From NCBI RefSeq assembly GCF_009914755.1, contig NC_060937.1: a stretch of 64,000 bases of DNA. One strand, 5' to 3'. Numbering within the stretch: position 1 is the first letter of the stretch; every line of letters begins with the position of its first letter. This document shows positions 36,748-49,739 of this stretch, one piece after another. The notes under the pieces were generated by a model. It did no database searches. It was not told the origin of the DNA and was given only the letters and a program-made list of their open reading frames with translations. The translations under genes and the position numbers were made by a program. Source of the DNA: the human T2T-CHM13v2.0 reference genome, Homo sapiens.

Positions 36748-38870
36748 TTATTGCATATGTATAATTTTAATTGTTGCTGCTCTTTTCAACTGTCATTACC
36801 ACCCTTTTATGTTTTTCTTTGTGGCTAATTGCTCCCCACTATTAGAATCGAATGAGATCTGATAGTAAAAAGAGAAAGTTCTTGAGGTTTCTCCCCCACG
36901 TTCCCCATATTCCTCAGCAAATTTCATCTTTAGTTTTTTAAGCTAAGAAAAAAAAATGATTAGAGAGCATCTCTGTCTCCTGACTGAAACAATATGCATT
37001 CATCATCGTTGCACCCTAAAAATGTCACATTGGTCCAGCCCCAAGCATTGTTTATTTGTATAGCCTTGGCCTCTAGTAATGGGTACAAACTAGCCCCAGG
37101 TATGGTTTTGTCCCAAGTGGATCCAAGTACTTCTGCTGCATTTTCAGAACTTTCAAAATCTAAAATTGTCTAGTGAAAAGGAAACACATGCAATCTAAGT
37201 CATTATCTTCAGTACATTGTTATTTCAGAATATGCTAAAGCATGTGCAATGAGTTGTTCATTAATATCAGGAACTGACAAAGTCTGGAAATGTGCCTCGA
37301 AATCAAAATCTACCATAATGCCATTATAAAATAGAGGATCAGAAAGTAATTGCTACTACAATGAGAAAAATAAATGTTTATGATTTTTTGCTAAATCTAT
37401 TTCTGATATATTTTACGATTATAAAATGATTGACATGCAAATAATTCTCATGATTTTAGGGTAAAAGCTAAAAATTAAATTATATTTATATGACCTGAAT
37501 CAAGACAGTGGAATAAAACTGTAAGTATTCATGAATGCACACATGGAGAGAAATGTACTTTTTTTTGTTTCCTAAGATTTGACTGTGTTCCCTGAAAACC
37601 CAGTGGGTTGTTTTAAACTGGCAAGGAGGAATAATCCAGCTTGTTTACGATGTGGCAGCCCATATGAGCATCCTATTCCACACAGTCCTTGAAAATCTTG
37701 AAAATAAACACATCAGCATTATCATTACCTATATATATACATCCTGTGTGAATTTATACAGCTAGAATGTAAGATTAATGTGAACAATTCAAAAGCATTC
37801 TTCCCTGCCTAAAAATTAATTTATATTACCCTCTTACAGTCATATCTTCCATAGTATAGTAAAGGTGCCTTCTCACACTTTTCCCCCTATCTTGAGCTTC
37901 TGCCTTCCTATGTTTTTAAACTAAGTTACTATTTCCTGAAAACACCTCCACTTCTAACACTGAGTCTTCACCCACAGAGACCCAAAACCCTTAAAATAAC
38001 TCAGTTTTCACAACATCTGGATACTTTTACTTCTCTAATCTCCTCAGTCTTCATTCCTTCTCAAGAATCCTACATGGTTAAAATCTTACTAGACTGAGTC
38101 ATGCATTCTCACAAGGATGATATTGTCCACAATGTGGCTACAATTGGCTCTTGAGGGGGGAAATATTCTTTAGAATTGCAACAGTTTGGGTCTCCACAGT
38201 TTAACACTGTAGGACAAGCTCTTCATCGTCAAAATTGAATTTCATGAGAGAATGGTGGTGATTTTGTAAAAGCATCTAAAAGGGATCCTGGTAGGGAGAA
38301 GAGTGATAATGAAAAGAAGATTGGGAAACACTGGGCACTATCATCGTCCCAGTTGTCCTCAATATATTTGTAAAGCTCTGTATCGATACACATGTTTTTT
38401 TTTTCCCATCCAAGATAACTTTGTTCAACACTTGATGACTTATCTTTAGAAAATCCTCCCATTCTTCTAGATACAGCTCAAATGTAAACTCTTGTAGCTT
38501 TTGTGGATACAATCATTCCACCTGCACCAGGCAGAAAACTTTCTTTTTACATGCGTTTCCATATTTTCCAGGTACTCGGCATGCTATGGACCAAATGTTC
38601 CTGGCTCCCCCCACAATTTATACATTGAAACCCTAATTTCAGTAGGAAAATTTTTGGAGGTGAAGCCGTTGAGAGATAATTAGGTCAGGAGGATGAAAGC
38701 CCTCATGAACGGAATTAGTGCCCGTTTAAGGAGAGAGCTAACAAGTACTCTCTCCGCCACCTGAGGGCGCAGTGTGAGGAGGTGACTCTCTGCAACCCAG
38801 AAGGGAGTCCTCACCAGAACCTGATCATGCTGGCAACCTGGCTACCAGAACTACAGGAAATACAATTCTG

Positions 38871-39148
38871 GGGCGAGGGCAGTGGCTCACTCCTGTAATC
38901 CCAGCACTTTGGGAGGCCGAGGTGGGCGGATCACTTGATGTCCGGAGTTCGAAACCAGCCTGGCCAACATGGAGAAACCCCATCTCTACTAAAAATACAA
39001 AAATTAACCAGGCATGGTGGCGGGCACCTGTAACCCCAGCTATTTGTGAGACAGCTGGAGGCAGGAGAATAACTTGAACCTGGGCGGAGGAAGTGACAGA
39101 GATCGCGCCATTGTGCTCCAGCCTGGGCAACAGAATGAAAAAACAAAC
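38871..39148 (+). mobile_element. AluSx/Sz-like, 3' end shortened
   Basis: gtggctcactcctgtaatcccagcactttgggaggccgagg...ctccagcctgggcaacaga. Confidence 0.92.
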
Positions 39149-39150
39149 CT

Positions 39151-39373
39151 GGTTTTCACTGTCTCCTAGGCTGCAGCCTCGAACTCCTGGGCTCAAGTGA
39201 TCCTCCTGCCTCAGCCTCTCGAGTAGCTGGGACTACAGGCATGTGCCACCACACCCGGCTAATGTTTTTATTTTTATTTTTGTAGAGATGGGGTCTTTCC
39301 CAGGCTGGTCTTGAAATTATGGCCTCAAGCAATCCTTCTACCTTGGCCTCCCAAAGTGCTACTATTACAGACA
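39151..39373 (-). mobile_element. AluJo-like, tail lost
   Basis: ctgcagcctcgaactcctgggctcaagtgatcctcctgcc...ccttggcctcccaaagtgct. Confidence 0.9.
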
Positions 39374-40066
39374 AGAGAATTTCCGTTGTTTATAAACCAC
39401 ACAGGCTATAATATTTTGTTATAGCAGCACGAACTAATACATGTCATCACTGGATATCCATGTATTTATATATTGTTCTTCCTTGTGATAATGTGTCTTC
39501 ATATTTAAGTCCATACTATCTACATCTTTATAATCCTCAGTAATATGGAGTTGTTACCAGACTAAGCAAGATGGTTTAAAGATTAGGAAAATAAAAGCCT
39601 TTGGATAAAAAAAAAAGTAACAGAAATATTATTGTTTTGATGTAGTGAAAGAATGGGTAAAGATATAATCCTGCTTTATTTCGATCAACTATAGGCTATT
39701 CTGCTTACCTAGTATGAAACAGGATTATTAAGGCCAAATTTAGGTTTCTAAAATAGAGCCATAAAGTGAGTATGTGCTTTACAAATTATATTAGCATCAT
39801 AGTGGTCCCCATAATGAGAATAAATATAAGACCATGTAGATGACAATAAAAAGTCCTAGATGAAAGAAATATATGTAAACTATACCTATGTCTATATTTA
39901 TTTATATCTTTAATCTTTCAAGCAATTTATATTTACTTATAAATACAGTAATACAATTATATAATATACTATATAAATTTATAGTAAATATATATTTACT
40001 ATACATCTATGGTTAGTATATTTATTAAATATATTTATATATTATATATAAGTAATTTTATCTGAA

Positions 40067-40228
40067 TTAGAGACAGAGTCTTGCTGTGTATTTCAGGCTA
40101 GAATATTGTGGCTCTTCATAGGTGCAATCATTGCACACTATAGCCTCAAATTCCTGGACTCAAACAAGCCTCCCACCTCAGCCTCCCCACGTAGCCAGGA
40201 CTATAGGTATCCACTACTGTGCCTGGCT
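40067..40228 (-). mobile_element. FAM (fossil Alu monomer)
   Basis: gtggctcttcataggtgcaatcattgcacactatagcctc is the 7SL-retained segment diagnostic of FAM. Confidence 0.8.
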
Positions 40229-40829
40229 CTATATTATATACTCACGTATAAATATTTTATAATTAATATAAATAAGAAATTATGATATGTTACATAATAT
40301 AATAATATAATGTATTTTATTTATTAGTCATCAAATAAATCTTCTAGTTCTGGTAGAAATTTAACTTAGAGGAGATACTGCTTTATTTCCCAAGTGTTGA
40401 AGAAAATATAAAGTGAACACATTTATTAGTAAGGAAGGTCAAATTATAAATCACGCCTACTTCAGTCTTTTTTCCAAGTTAATTTATAAATGACATTTAA
40501 AAAAAGTTAAATGCATCAAGTAGAATTTTAAAAGTAGTCAAAGAGGAAGTTTAAGATACCAAGAAAAGGAAATGTTGTATATTTACTTAAATCACAAAGG
40601 TAGACAGATGTAATTTTAAAAGTCAATGAAGAAATTTAACATAAAAACAAAATAATAAAAATGTTAAAATTAATTAAAATGCTTACTGAATGCTAGAGAG
40701 TTGAAGGTCCTTTATTAACACTCTTCGTATTGGCCATTTTACAGAAGGGATGAGATTATAAAACTACAAGAAACCAATATGTGTAAAAAAACAATAAAAG
40801 GAAAAGACTGTCATATATATATATATTTT

Positions 40830-40980
40830 ATCTCAGCTCACTGCAACCTCTGCCTCCTCAGTTATAACCATTCTCCTGCCTCATCCTCCCAAGTAGCTGG
40901 GACAACAGGCACACGCCACTATGCCCAGCTAATTTTTTGTGTTGTTAGTAGAGATGGGGTTTCACCATGTTGGCCAGGCT
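40830..40980 (-). mobile_element. internal AluS fragment truncated at both ends
   Basis: atctcagctcactgcaacctc...tttcaccatgttggccaggct. Confidence 0.9.
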
Positions 40981-41041
40981 ATGTTATTAATATTTATATC
41001 TGATATCATGGTATTAGACATTTCTTGTCTTGATAGTATAT

Positions 41042-41643
41042 TGCTGGGACTCAAAACACAATAACCCAAAGCTCATAGCCTTGACATGCTGAGTACTTTG
41101 AACAGGAGGACACTGGAAGACTTCAGAAACAAGATTGCACCTTCTCCTGTCCTCCTGTTTCCTGCCCCTCCTTCTTCTCCGGAAGTGAGTCATAGAAACC
41201 AGAATTCTTCATTAAAATTTGTCATAGAAACTAGAACCCCTCTCCTGCAAACTAAGCCATAAAACTTAGAAAGTTCACTCCTTCCCTTCTCCCTTAAAGA
41301 TCCTCATTCCAGAGGGTCCTACCCCATACCTAAGAGTAAGGAATGCCACCCAGAGAGGCCTGGAAAATCTCGACAGACAGGCTTTGTTGGGCTTCCCCAC
41401 TTAGTCTATCACTATTAGTCCTACCCTTTGTCCAGTCACATTTCTACACAATTGTCCAATCTTCATCAAACCGAATCATAAAACAGACAAGTTTTCTCTG
41501 GATCTTTAGGTCTTCATTTTCTGAAGTCCCCTGTGTCACATAAATCTTTGATTAAACAAACTTGCTATGCTTTTCTCTTGTTATAGGAGTGTCTATTGTG
41601 ACCCTTATGATGAGGAAAACTGCCGTAACTTTCCGTCCTTACA
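41042..41643 (+). mobile_element. ERV1-class solo LTR, MER31/MER67 group
   Basis: tgctgggactcaaaacacaataacccaaag...gacatgctgagtactttgaac...catagaaaccagaa repeats...ccttaca, with TSD-like atat/agat. Confidence 0.75.
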
Positions 41644-43208
41644 AGATTCTCATGTTTCAAAACATCCTTCAATTTCTAGCATAAGCATAAATTTTAAAGA
41701 AATTAAAGAACCTATTTTTGTCTAGTTGAAAATAATATAAATACCTTTTTTTGGTGGAAAAGGAAAAGGCCCAACACACAGTGGCACAGTGGAATTCTAG
41801 ATAAATCAGGGTTAGAGATCAAATAAATATACTTAGAACAGTTAGTTCAATAAGCGTTCTCAGTAGGATGCACTGTTCCTTATTGAATAAAAATTCCAAA
41901 GATCACCTCAAATCTTTGCATTTGTTAACAATTGCACTTACCACATATACCTAGTCTTTTTCTATTTTGATAATTAACACATTTTTTGGTAGCAGCTCAA
42001 TAAGAAAAACAGTTTCTTCCTTTATTGTGCTGTGGACTTAATCTCAACAGGGTGTCTTTCCCTGCCCACCCTAATTAAGAAAACTGGCATATAAAACTTT
42101 CTGCAGATGGATCAACAGCAGGAGCTGCACAGATTTTCTTCATGAGCTTAATAGTTCTATCAGCAGCCCACATCACTTGAAAATCAGTAGTGCTGTCTAT
42201 ACTCCATAGGCCTTCAGAGCATCCAAGCTCCCTGCCAATGCTTCCTCTACGATTACTACTGAGATTACTCTCAAGGTTCTCCAGAACAGTCTCCTACATG
42301 TTAGTTTTTTTTTTTTTTTTTTCTGAAACTATTTTCTCTGTTTTTTTCCTGCCTCCCACACTCTGTAACTCTTGCCAAGAGACTATTCCTGCCATCTTAA
42401 TAGTCTCACATCAGAATTGGAGAATGAGAGGCCACAAGACTGAAGAAGATAATGAGCAAACGGAAGTAGCTTCTAGCTTAAAAAATTCACCTGGTTCACT
42501 TTATTTTTCAGTCTTTATATATATTATATCATACCATTTTGGCAAGTTTAACCCACTGGAGTAGTCCAGGCTTAGTTACACCTAATTTATACATGTCTTT
42601 TAGGAGAAACAGCAAGACAAAATCAAGTATCTCAATTTTATCCCAGCTGCTGCCATTTGGATAGCTCATCTTTCTTTCTGTCCTCCTTTTGTTTGTGTGA
42701 AGAAATGACTAATGCGTTCCCACTCTGGTTCTCCTACTTCATTCTAGTGCTGGTCAAAGACAAAACTTGTTGTAGAAGCTCCATCTTACAATAGTGCTTA
42801 GAATATAAATGCTTAGAATAAGCTATTTATTGCCTCTGTGCTACCTAGTATTCACTTATAATCGCTAATATGAAGACAGATTAAGAGAAACACACATATG
42901 AAGACTGTTGCTGTTCCCTATTTTCATAGCAACAACCCTTAGAAAATCTTGAAAGGCTTCTGCATGCAATGTCTGATGATACATTCTAATTTTCAGTTAT
43001 CATGATAAAAAAATGTAAAAATTTATAATAAATTAAGAAAACATGAGGTTATATCAGCCAGATATATTATTTGCATAAAATATAAACTGTTTTAATCAGT
43101 AAATCAAAAGACATGTGACTCAGCCTTTTAAGTCTCACAATCTCCAGAGCCAGAATGCTAGGCTTGGAGGATACAGTCAGAAAAGACATCCAAACCACAC
43201 AGTAAAGT

Positions 43209-43631
43209 TGTTGCTTTGGTGCCTTGTTTGGATTTTCCCCTCAAGACTAAGATGGGAGAAGTCTTGGAAGTTGAAGGCTCAAAGCTGAGTCTATCTCAAG
43301 AAATTGCCCTCAACCAAAAGAAGGTGCCTCATCTAAGATTCTGCCCTATCTTTAGAATCAACCCACATCTGATGACTGGTTAAAATGGATACAAAGTCTG
43401 GGCTCCTTTTCTCAATTTGGAAAAACAATGAATTGCTATCCCAGCTCTTGAATGTCCCATGGGATAGGCTAAATGCTCTGATGCAACTTGAGGAAAGCAC
43501 AACTTCTCTTTCTGTCCAATCCTGTGTCCTTCATGCTTTTATAAATGGGTCTCTTGAAGCACTCCCAGGTAAAATATAGCAGGTATATCTGTATCTCAGA
43601 ATCAGTTTATCAGGGAGTCCCACCAAAGGCA
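43209..43631 (+). mobile_element. ERVL LTR, LTR16C-like
   Basis: atcccagctcttgaatgtcccatgggataggct...aacttctctttctgtccaatcctg...atctcagaatcagttt..agggagtcccacc. Confidence 0.75.
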
Positions 43632-45526
43632 TGGAAAGATTCTCTCAGCAGTGACCCCACTCATGATGCTATGATAAGAGACACAATGTCTGGCAGAATT
43701 GAACAGAGCACTGGATTCCAGAAACTGCCATTGACACCAAAAAGCCACCCTCTCCACTAAAAAATGCAATGCATCTCACCTGTATCTTCCAAGTGAAAGT
43801 CTCTACCAAAATTGTAAACATTGCATAGTACTCCTTGGGTGGGCATTGGAAGCAGCCATGTATCACGGGTTGCTAATACCTTTAAACATACTTTTTTTAC
43901 TGTAGAGTTCATTACAATATGAATCCTTCTCCAAGATACAAATAAGAAATTTAGTTTTCTGATTTCTTTTGCTGCTAAGGGCACAGACATACAATCTATG
44001 CAGCACCTGTAGCATATACTCAAAAGATATTTTCTTTCAAAAGAAGGATTCATATTGTAATGAATCCTTGTGCTAGCACAAGTTCTAAATTATAAACATT
44101 CAAATTGAAATTTGAAAAACATTCATTTGTAAAGTTGAGTTTCTTATATAGTTTAAATCGTGTTCTGTTTAATGAGAACAAGAATTTTGATAAAATCTGA
44201 TCATTATTTGTCTGAATTCCTGTATACAGCAAAATACTAACTAAGGAAACCTTACCTGTCCTTTATTTGGAAAGTTTTTCTTAATGGAATTATTGTAGAA
44301 ATGAAACATTCATATTAGAACAAAGTAGAGACAATGAAATTCTGGTATGTAATTTTTTAAATCTATTTTTGTTTGTTAATGTAATATAAATTTGAAGTTA
44401 CTCCGAGTTATAGAGTGGGACAGATATTCATTTAGCCAAATTAACAAAATGCTTTAGTTTTTGTTTTGTTTTCTGAATAAAATAATATCACATAAAACCA
44501 CAAGTCTTTCTCACAGACACTCCTACCAGGCATTAATAATGATTACGTAATATAAGAGGCATTTTAAGAGATCAGAATTGAGTAAGAGGTCTTATGCAAA
44601 GCTGTTAACCAACTACAAGTAAGTAAAATCACTTATTCTTTGGTACAATGTGTGTTGTTGATTACATAATGTCTGTGGATGGCTCTGTTTCTAATATTCC
44701 ACCATTCTATGATTCCAGATAATGTTGTTTAAATCAATTATGATAAAGTTCAGGTGGAACATTAATGTAAACAAATCTTCAGTTTGGCAGCCAACAGAAG
44801 ACATGATTCTTTCAAGACAAAAGAAGAAACCAGCAGCCTTTACGCAATGAATACTGACAAATTTAGTAAGCAACAAGAGGGGCTGGAGGCAACGTTGGAG
44901 GATCTGCAACATCTGTCAGTGGCATGCCTCCAGTTCTTCAGTTTTCTCTCATCAGCTCCAGTCATCTTGGCCAATAGAATCTTTTCAGCTCCAGGATTAA
45001 TCATGTTCATGTATCTGAGTATATTCTGACTGTGGGAAATCATAGTTATATCCAAGAAAGTGTTGCATGACTTTGTATCTTGTCTGGACCCCAAATCGAT
45101 GTTATCCAATGTGGATTTCTGGTTTCCAACATTGTTCCTTTATTGCCATAAACCAGGGACTGGTAACCATAAACCAAGAGCCTCCAATTTTATTCCTGTA
45201 ACATTGAAGTTATTCCTTTCAAGTCTTCCCTATCATTTCTCACAGTGTGTGTTTTCCCTATTTTTCTTCCTTTTACTTTTCCTCAGCCCAAGCAAATAAG
45301 CAGTTTTCTATTCTCTATTGAAAATATTGAGTACCAAAAATATGACATATATTTTAATATTCATTTTTATATAGTATCTTATTTAACCATCTCAACTCTA
45401 CTGTGATATATACAGTTTGTTCTCATTAAACAGTTGAGAAATATCCTCAGTGAAATGAAGCAAATAATCCAAGACCATACTGCTATATAACGTTAGAACT
45501 TGGATATTTAGATCTCTAAACTTGAA

Positions 45527-45622
45527 TATAGATAGATAGATAGACAGATAGACATATATCTCCACTATATGTATATGTATGTGCGTGTATATATATACAT
45601 GTATATATACATATATATTATG

Positions 45623-45668
<46 letters not shown>

Positions 45669-45670
45669 CA
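45527..45670. repeat. compound (TAGA)n / (TA,TG)n / (CA)n microsatellite
   Basis: direct reading. Confidence 0.92.
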
Positions 45671-46159
45671 ACTGATTCCAAAGCTTTGCTCTTGAAATAT
45701 ACAGTTATGAGGCAATTACCTAAACTTACTTTTCTCCCCGATTTAGACAAATTGCTTTAATTTTTATTGAGATCTCTATGCTTTTGGATATATGTGGCCT
45801 AACACATCTCAGAGAGGCAGCCTCCATAGCTCATCTATTCCCTCAGTAACTATGCTGCTGAAATCTTGAACTTCCAGACGTCTCCATCAGAACCCAGAGC
45901 ACACATACACACACAAATTGTATGCTTAGTCTCAGTCTATGTCCTATTCATGGAACAGCCTCTGAGCCATTGTTGCTACCTAGAGCCTTCTGACATATTT
46001 AAGTCTTGCACTTCGTCAGCTGGTTGACATACCACACCTCACTTCCTATGTCATTTAACATCTTCCCTTCCCAGGTAGCAAACTCCCTCTTGCTACTCCT
46101 TGTTCCTCTTATTATTAAAGAAATAAATTGAATTATTTTATAGGATTTACAGTGAAATA

Positions 46160-46900
46160 TTTGTATTTCCTATAATGTAAATACTGTGTACACTTTCCTT
46201 TTCTTTTTTTTAAATGTTAATATTGACAGTGGGTTCAAGTGTTAGCCTAATCTTCTGTAGCATTTCTCATAATAATTTAGGCAGCCATTGATAATAATTT
46301 TTTGTGTCTACAATTTCATTCGTGGGTGCAATATGATGATATTACAATTCTATTAACCTTTTTTCTTTATCAGCTAGAATTCTTAATTTAAAAAATATTT
46401 CATCAATTATTTACTTGCAGTTGTATAAGAATATTAGGATGAATGCTAGCGTCCTTCCCTTTCTTTCTCAGTTTACAGAATGCATTGGTTACATAGTATT
46501 CACCAAATGTGATTAAAGAATTTTTATTAAGTTAAAAAATTATCATTTTCATCACTAATTAATGTCAATCAATTTTTCAGTAACTGCCACTTGTTTTGCT
46601 ACTAAAATTGCCTTGTCCTAACAATAGAATCCTCTTCCAATTGTACCATGAGATCTTTTGATATGTAGTCTTTGAAATCTTCCTTAATTTTTTAGGATAA
46701 TAGGTTGTTTCAGACCAATTCTGTACATTTTTTGCACCATATCTAGATTTAATCAGTTATTCGGGGTCCCCTGATTTATTTGAATGTAAAATGCTATATA
46801 GAAGGCTACCGTCTGCTTGCCAAGGTGGTCAGTGTTACTGGGTTTGTCATTGTTTTTAGGCTTTTTAGAATATGAGGCTTGGAAACATATATGAATATAA
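46160..46900 (-). mobile_element. old L1 3' UTR (L1MC4/5-L1ME-like)
   Basis: taggatgaatgctagcgtccttccctttc..cagtttacagaat..ttggtt..tagtattcaccaaatgtga resembles L1MC/ME 3' UTR. Confidence 0.55.
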
Positions 46901-47799
46901 AATATAAAATATTTTATGCATATAATAATATTTTTATTGCCAAAGCCAAAGTAACAAAATATTACCACCAATAGACGTACTATGGATATTGAAATAGTGA
47001 TATTTAGTGGTGAGATTTTTTTTTTCCTTTTGAACTAAACACTTTTACTCACTTCTCCAAAGTCAATCTTTAAATCATTCATTTCCAACATGGGAAAAAT
47101 TATATTTCTTTTCATTTATATGACAGTGTTATGATGATACATTTATAAAAATGTGAAAATCTTTTAAAAATTAAAATGTTGCAGTCAGCTTTCAATTATC
47201 AGAAAGCAGCTTCTTCTTTGGTATATCCTAGCTTTGAAAATTATTGAGGAAACTGCTAAATGATTTATTTTATTGGCAAAACTTTCTGAAAATGGCACAG
47301 AACAAAATAAACAAAATCTTTAAACAGAGTTAGTAACCAAGGAGTGTGCACAACAACCAAAGTCAGTGCAATCACTGACATGCCCTTTGTCCAAGCGCAA
47401 AGGGAATAATTAAGGTGCGTATTGAATTTCACTGCAAAAAGCAGAATACTATTTTGTGCATCAGACTGCAGCATAAGACTCAGGACCTGTAAAGACCACG
47501 CGGAACAACGGGACCATCTGTAGATGAGTGTTTGATGACATTTTTGAAGCATCTGTGATGACATGGGTCATTCACCCAGACTTCAACTATCTCACACCCT
47601 CACTGGGGTTCAGCCGAGTAACTTTGAAGCAACCCAATGAATAGCTACTATTGACATTTTCTAAAAATAAGACGTGAGAAAGGAAAGTTTCAACAAACTT
47701 CTTCAATTCATTTCAACTCAATAAACATTTTTGAAGGCTCACTAATGTGCACTGTCTTTGCTGCTCTATGCATCTCTCTTATCTATTAAATGTTCATCC

Positions 47800-48325
47800 T
47801 GCTTCAGATCCCTGTCAGATCTATCCTTCATGCTGCTGATACAAGAATCTTTTTCAAACATACTCCTGATAGGGTCACTTCTCCACCTAAAATCCCCAGG
47901 ATAAAATTCAATAACTTTAGCAAGATATAAAATGTCATTAATGATTTGTTCTCTCCATCTCCTCACATCTCTCCTACTTATCCCTATGCCCCTGACATGC
48001 AAAGCTATTTATATGTCTTCTGGTGCTATTCTCACCTGAGTCATTTGTGCAATGCTTATGTTATATCTTCTTCCTGAAATGGTCATTCTGTCTTAAATGG
48101 ACTATATACTAATTGGCTTTTTGATAACTCACACATTCCCTTCTACACAGAGTCTTCCATGATTTTTCAAGCTTGCTTAAATATCTATGGGTTCTTTCCA
48201 TTAGAATGTGAGTGATTAAAAGGCAAGAGGCTGGCTCATAAGTCTCTTTGTATAACCACCCCCCACTTCTGCAACAGTACCAGGTAAAATAAAATGTAAA
48301 AAAAAAAAAAGATGTTTTATTTAAT
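47800..48325 (+). mobile_element. L2 LINE 3' portion
   Basis: aatctttttcaaacatactcctgat..gtcactt...aggataaaattca...cattagaatgtgagtg..aaaggcaag...caacagtaccagg. Confidence 0.65.
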
Positions 48326-48754
48326 TACTCAACCAACCCTACAATATATCAAGCAGCTGCCATTCCATTAGAGCCCTGATATCTAAAAGACTTACTCAGC
48401 ATCTCTGTTTCAAGGGGGTGTGAAAGAGAACATTTCTTAGTAGAAAGCTTTGTAACTATTTGAAAAGCAGACAAAGAATGTGAAGCATGAAATGGATTAC
48501 ATGGAGTAGTTTTATACTTGTCAGAAAGGAGATTGATTAGCTTTCTGAATCTTCAGAGTGGCAGTTCATTATTTTATTGGTTTCTAGTATAAGCGAGATA
48601 TCCAAATTTAAAAGCAAATAACAAAGGGATTCCATAAATAGATAAATATTATATTTGCATTGACAGTCGTCAGTGCCTCATTGCTTTTGAGGGTGCCAAG
48701 ACATAATCCAGGCTGTCTTCCTACTCAAGCCACTGTAAAAGCACTAGACCTGGA

Positions 48755-48850
48755 GATGTAGGTGACTTCCAAAGTGAAAGAGCTGAATAGTAGCAGAAAC
48801 TGAAAACATGCCTCGGTTTCTGAACTATTAATCCAATGTGCATTTTACTA
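48755..48850 (-). mobile_element. MIR fragment
   Basis: ggtgacttccaaagtg..agctgaatagtagcaga...tttctgaact...tccaatgtgcatttt. Confidence 0.45.
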
Positions 48851-49379
48851 GAGTAAGGGCTATCAAATTATAAATAATATGTATCACAGTAAGACACCTT
48901 GTTTAAATATTTTTAGTTTCACAATAAAAAAATTTATTGTTGACCAGCATTTAATTTTAGACTCAAAATTCATAAAAAATATTAAGTTATACTTTTCTTT
49001 TTTGCATATATATTAACACCTATTTTTAATTTTTTTCAAATTGAATTATGTTTTAGACTTTATATGAACAGCTTTATAGTTCTTTACAAGAGGTGGTCTA
49101 TTTGATGGTGCAGTTAAGAAAGTTGCATTTATCTTGCAGCACTGAGTAAGGTTAGTATGTGACAAATAAAATTAATGAGGGGAGAATGGAGCAACCAACT
49201 TTTTATATAAGAACATAGGATTATTTGAAGAGAAGTAAAAAATCAAATACAAATGAGCAAAAATGTCACAATAAAGAGGATTTGAGAAATAGGAAAATAG
49301 AAGTGAGTTAGAGGCATTACAATGTTCAATACTGCTTATAAATATTAATTAGAAAAGATACCAAAAAGATAGTGATATA

Positions 49380-49739
49380 TACTATGTCCTGAATGTTTGT
49401 GTTCCCTCAAATTTCATATTAAGTATAAACTAGGAACCAAAACTCATATAGGTATGGTATTAGGAGGTGAGGTCTTTTGCGAGGTGAAAGAACCTCTTAT
49501 GTAATTAGTGCACTTATAAAATAGGCCCAAGAAAGCTCCTTTGTTCCTTCTACCTCATCAGGACACAGGCAGAAGACACTATCTGTGAGATAATGGGCCC
49601 TCAGCAGACAGTGCACGTGCCTGCGCCTTGATTTTGGATTTCCCAGCTCCCAGGACTGTGAGAAATACATTTCTGTTGTTTATAAGCCACCCAGTCACCC
49701 AGGTGATGTATTTTGTTACAGCAGCTTGACTAGACTGCA
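49380..49739 (+). mobile_element. MaLR LTR, MLT1A0-like
   Basis: ctgaatgtttgtgttccctcaaatttcatat...actgtgagaaatacatttctgttgtttataagccaccca...ttttgttacagcagc. Confidence 0.88.

Larger units (their letters stand above)
38582..39441 (+). mobile_element. MaLR LTR (MLT1A-like) interrupted by two Alus
   Basis: tgctatgga...ctcaccagaacctgatcatgctggca...(Alus)...gttgtttataaaccac...ttttgttatagcagcacgaactaataca. Confidence 0.85.

Noticed and set aside
38098-38200. Possible hAT-type MER fragment (gcattctcacaagg..gatattg..aattggctcttgagggggg)
   Set aside because: The resemblance is too weak to name a family or set boundaries by eye.
39880-40325. Very AT-rich tracts flanking the FAM
   Set aside because: Low-complexity TA-rich sequence without a stable repeat unit. 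A MAR or origin role cannot be supported from sequence alone.
47530-47600. Two TGATGA (C-box-like) motifs suggesting a C/D snoRNA
   Set aside because: There is no suitably placed terminal CTGA D box with a closing stem.
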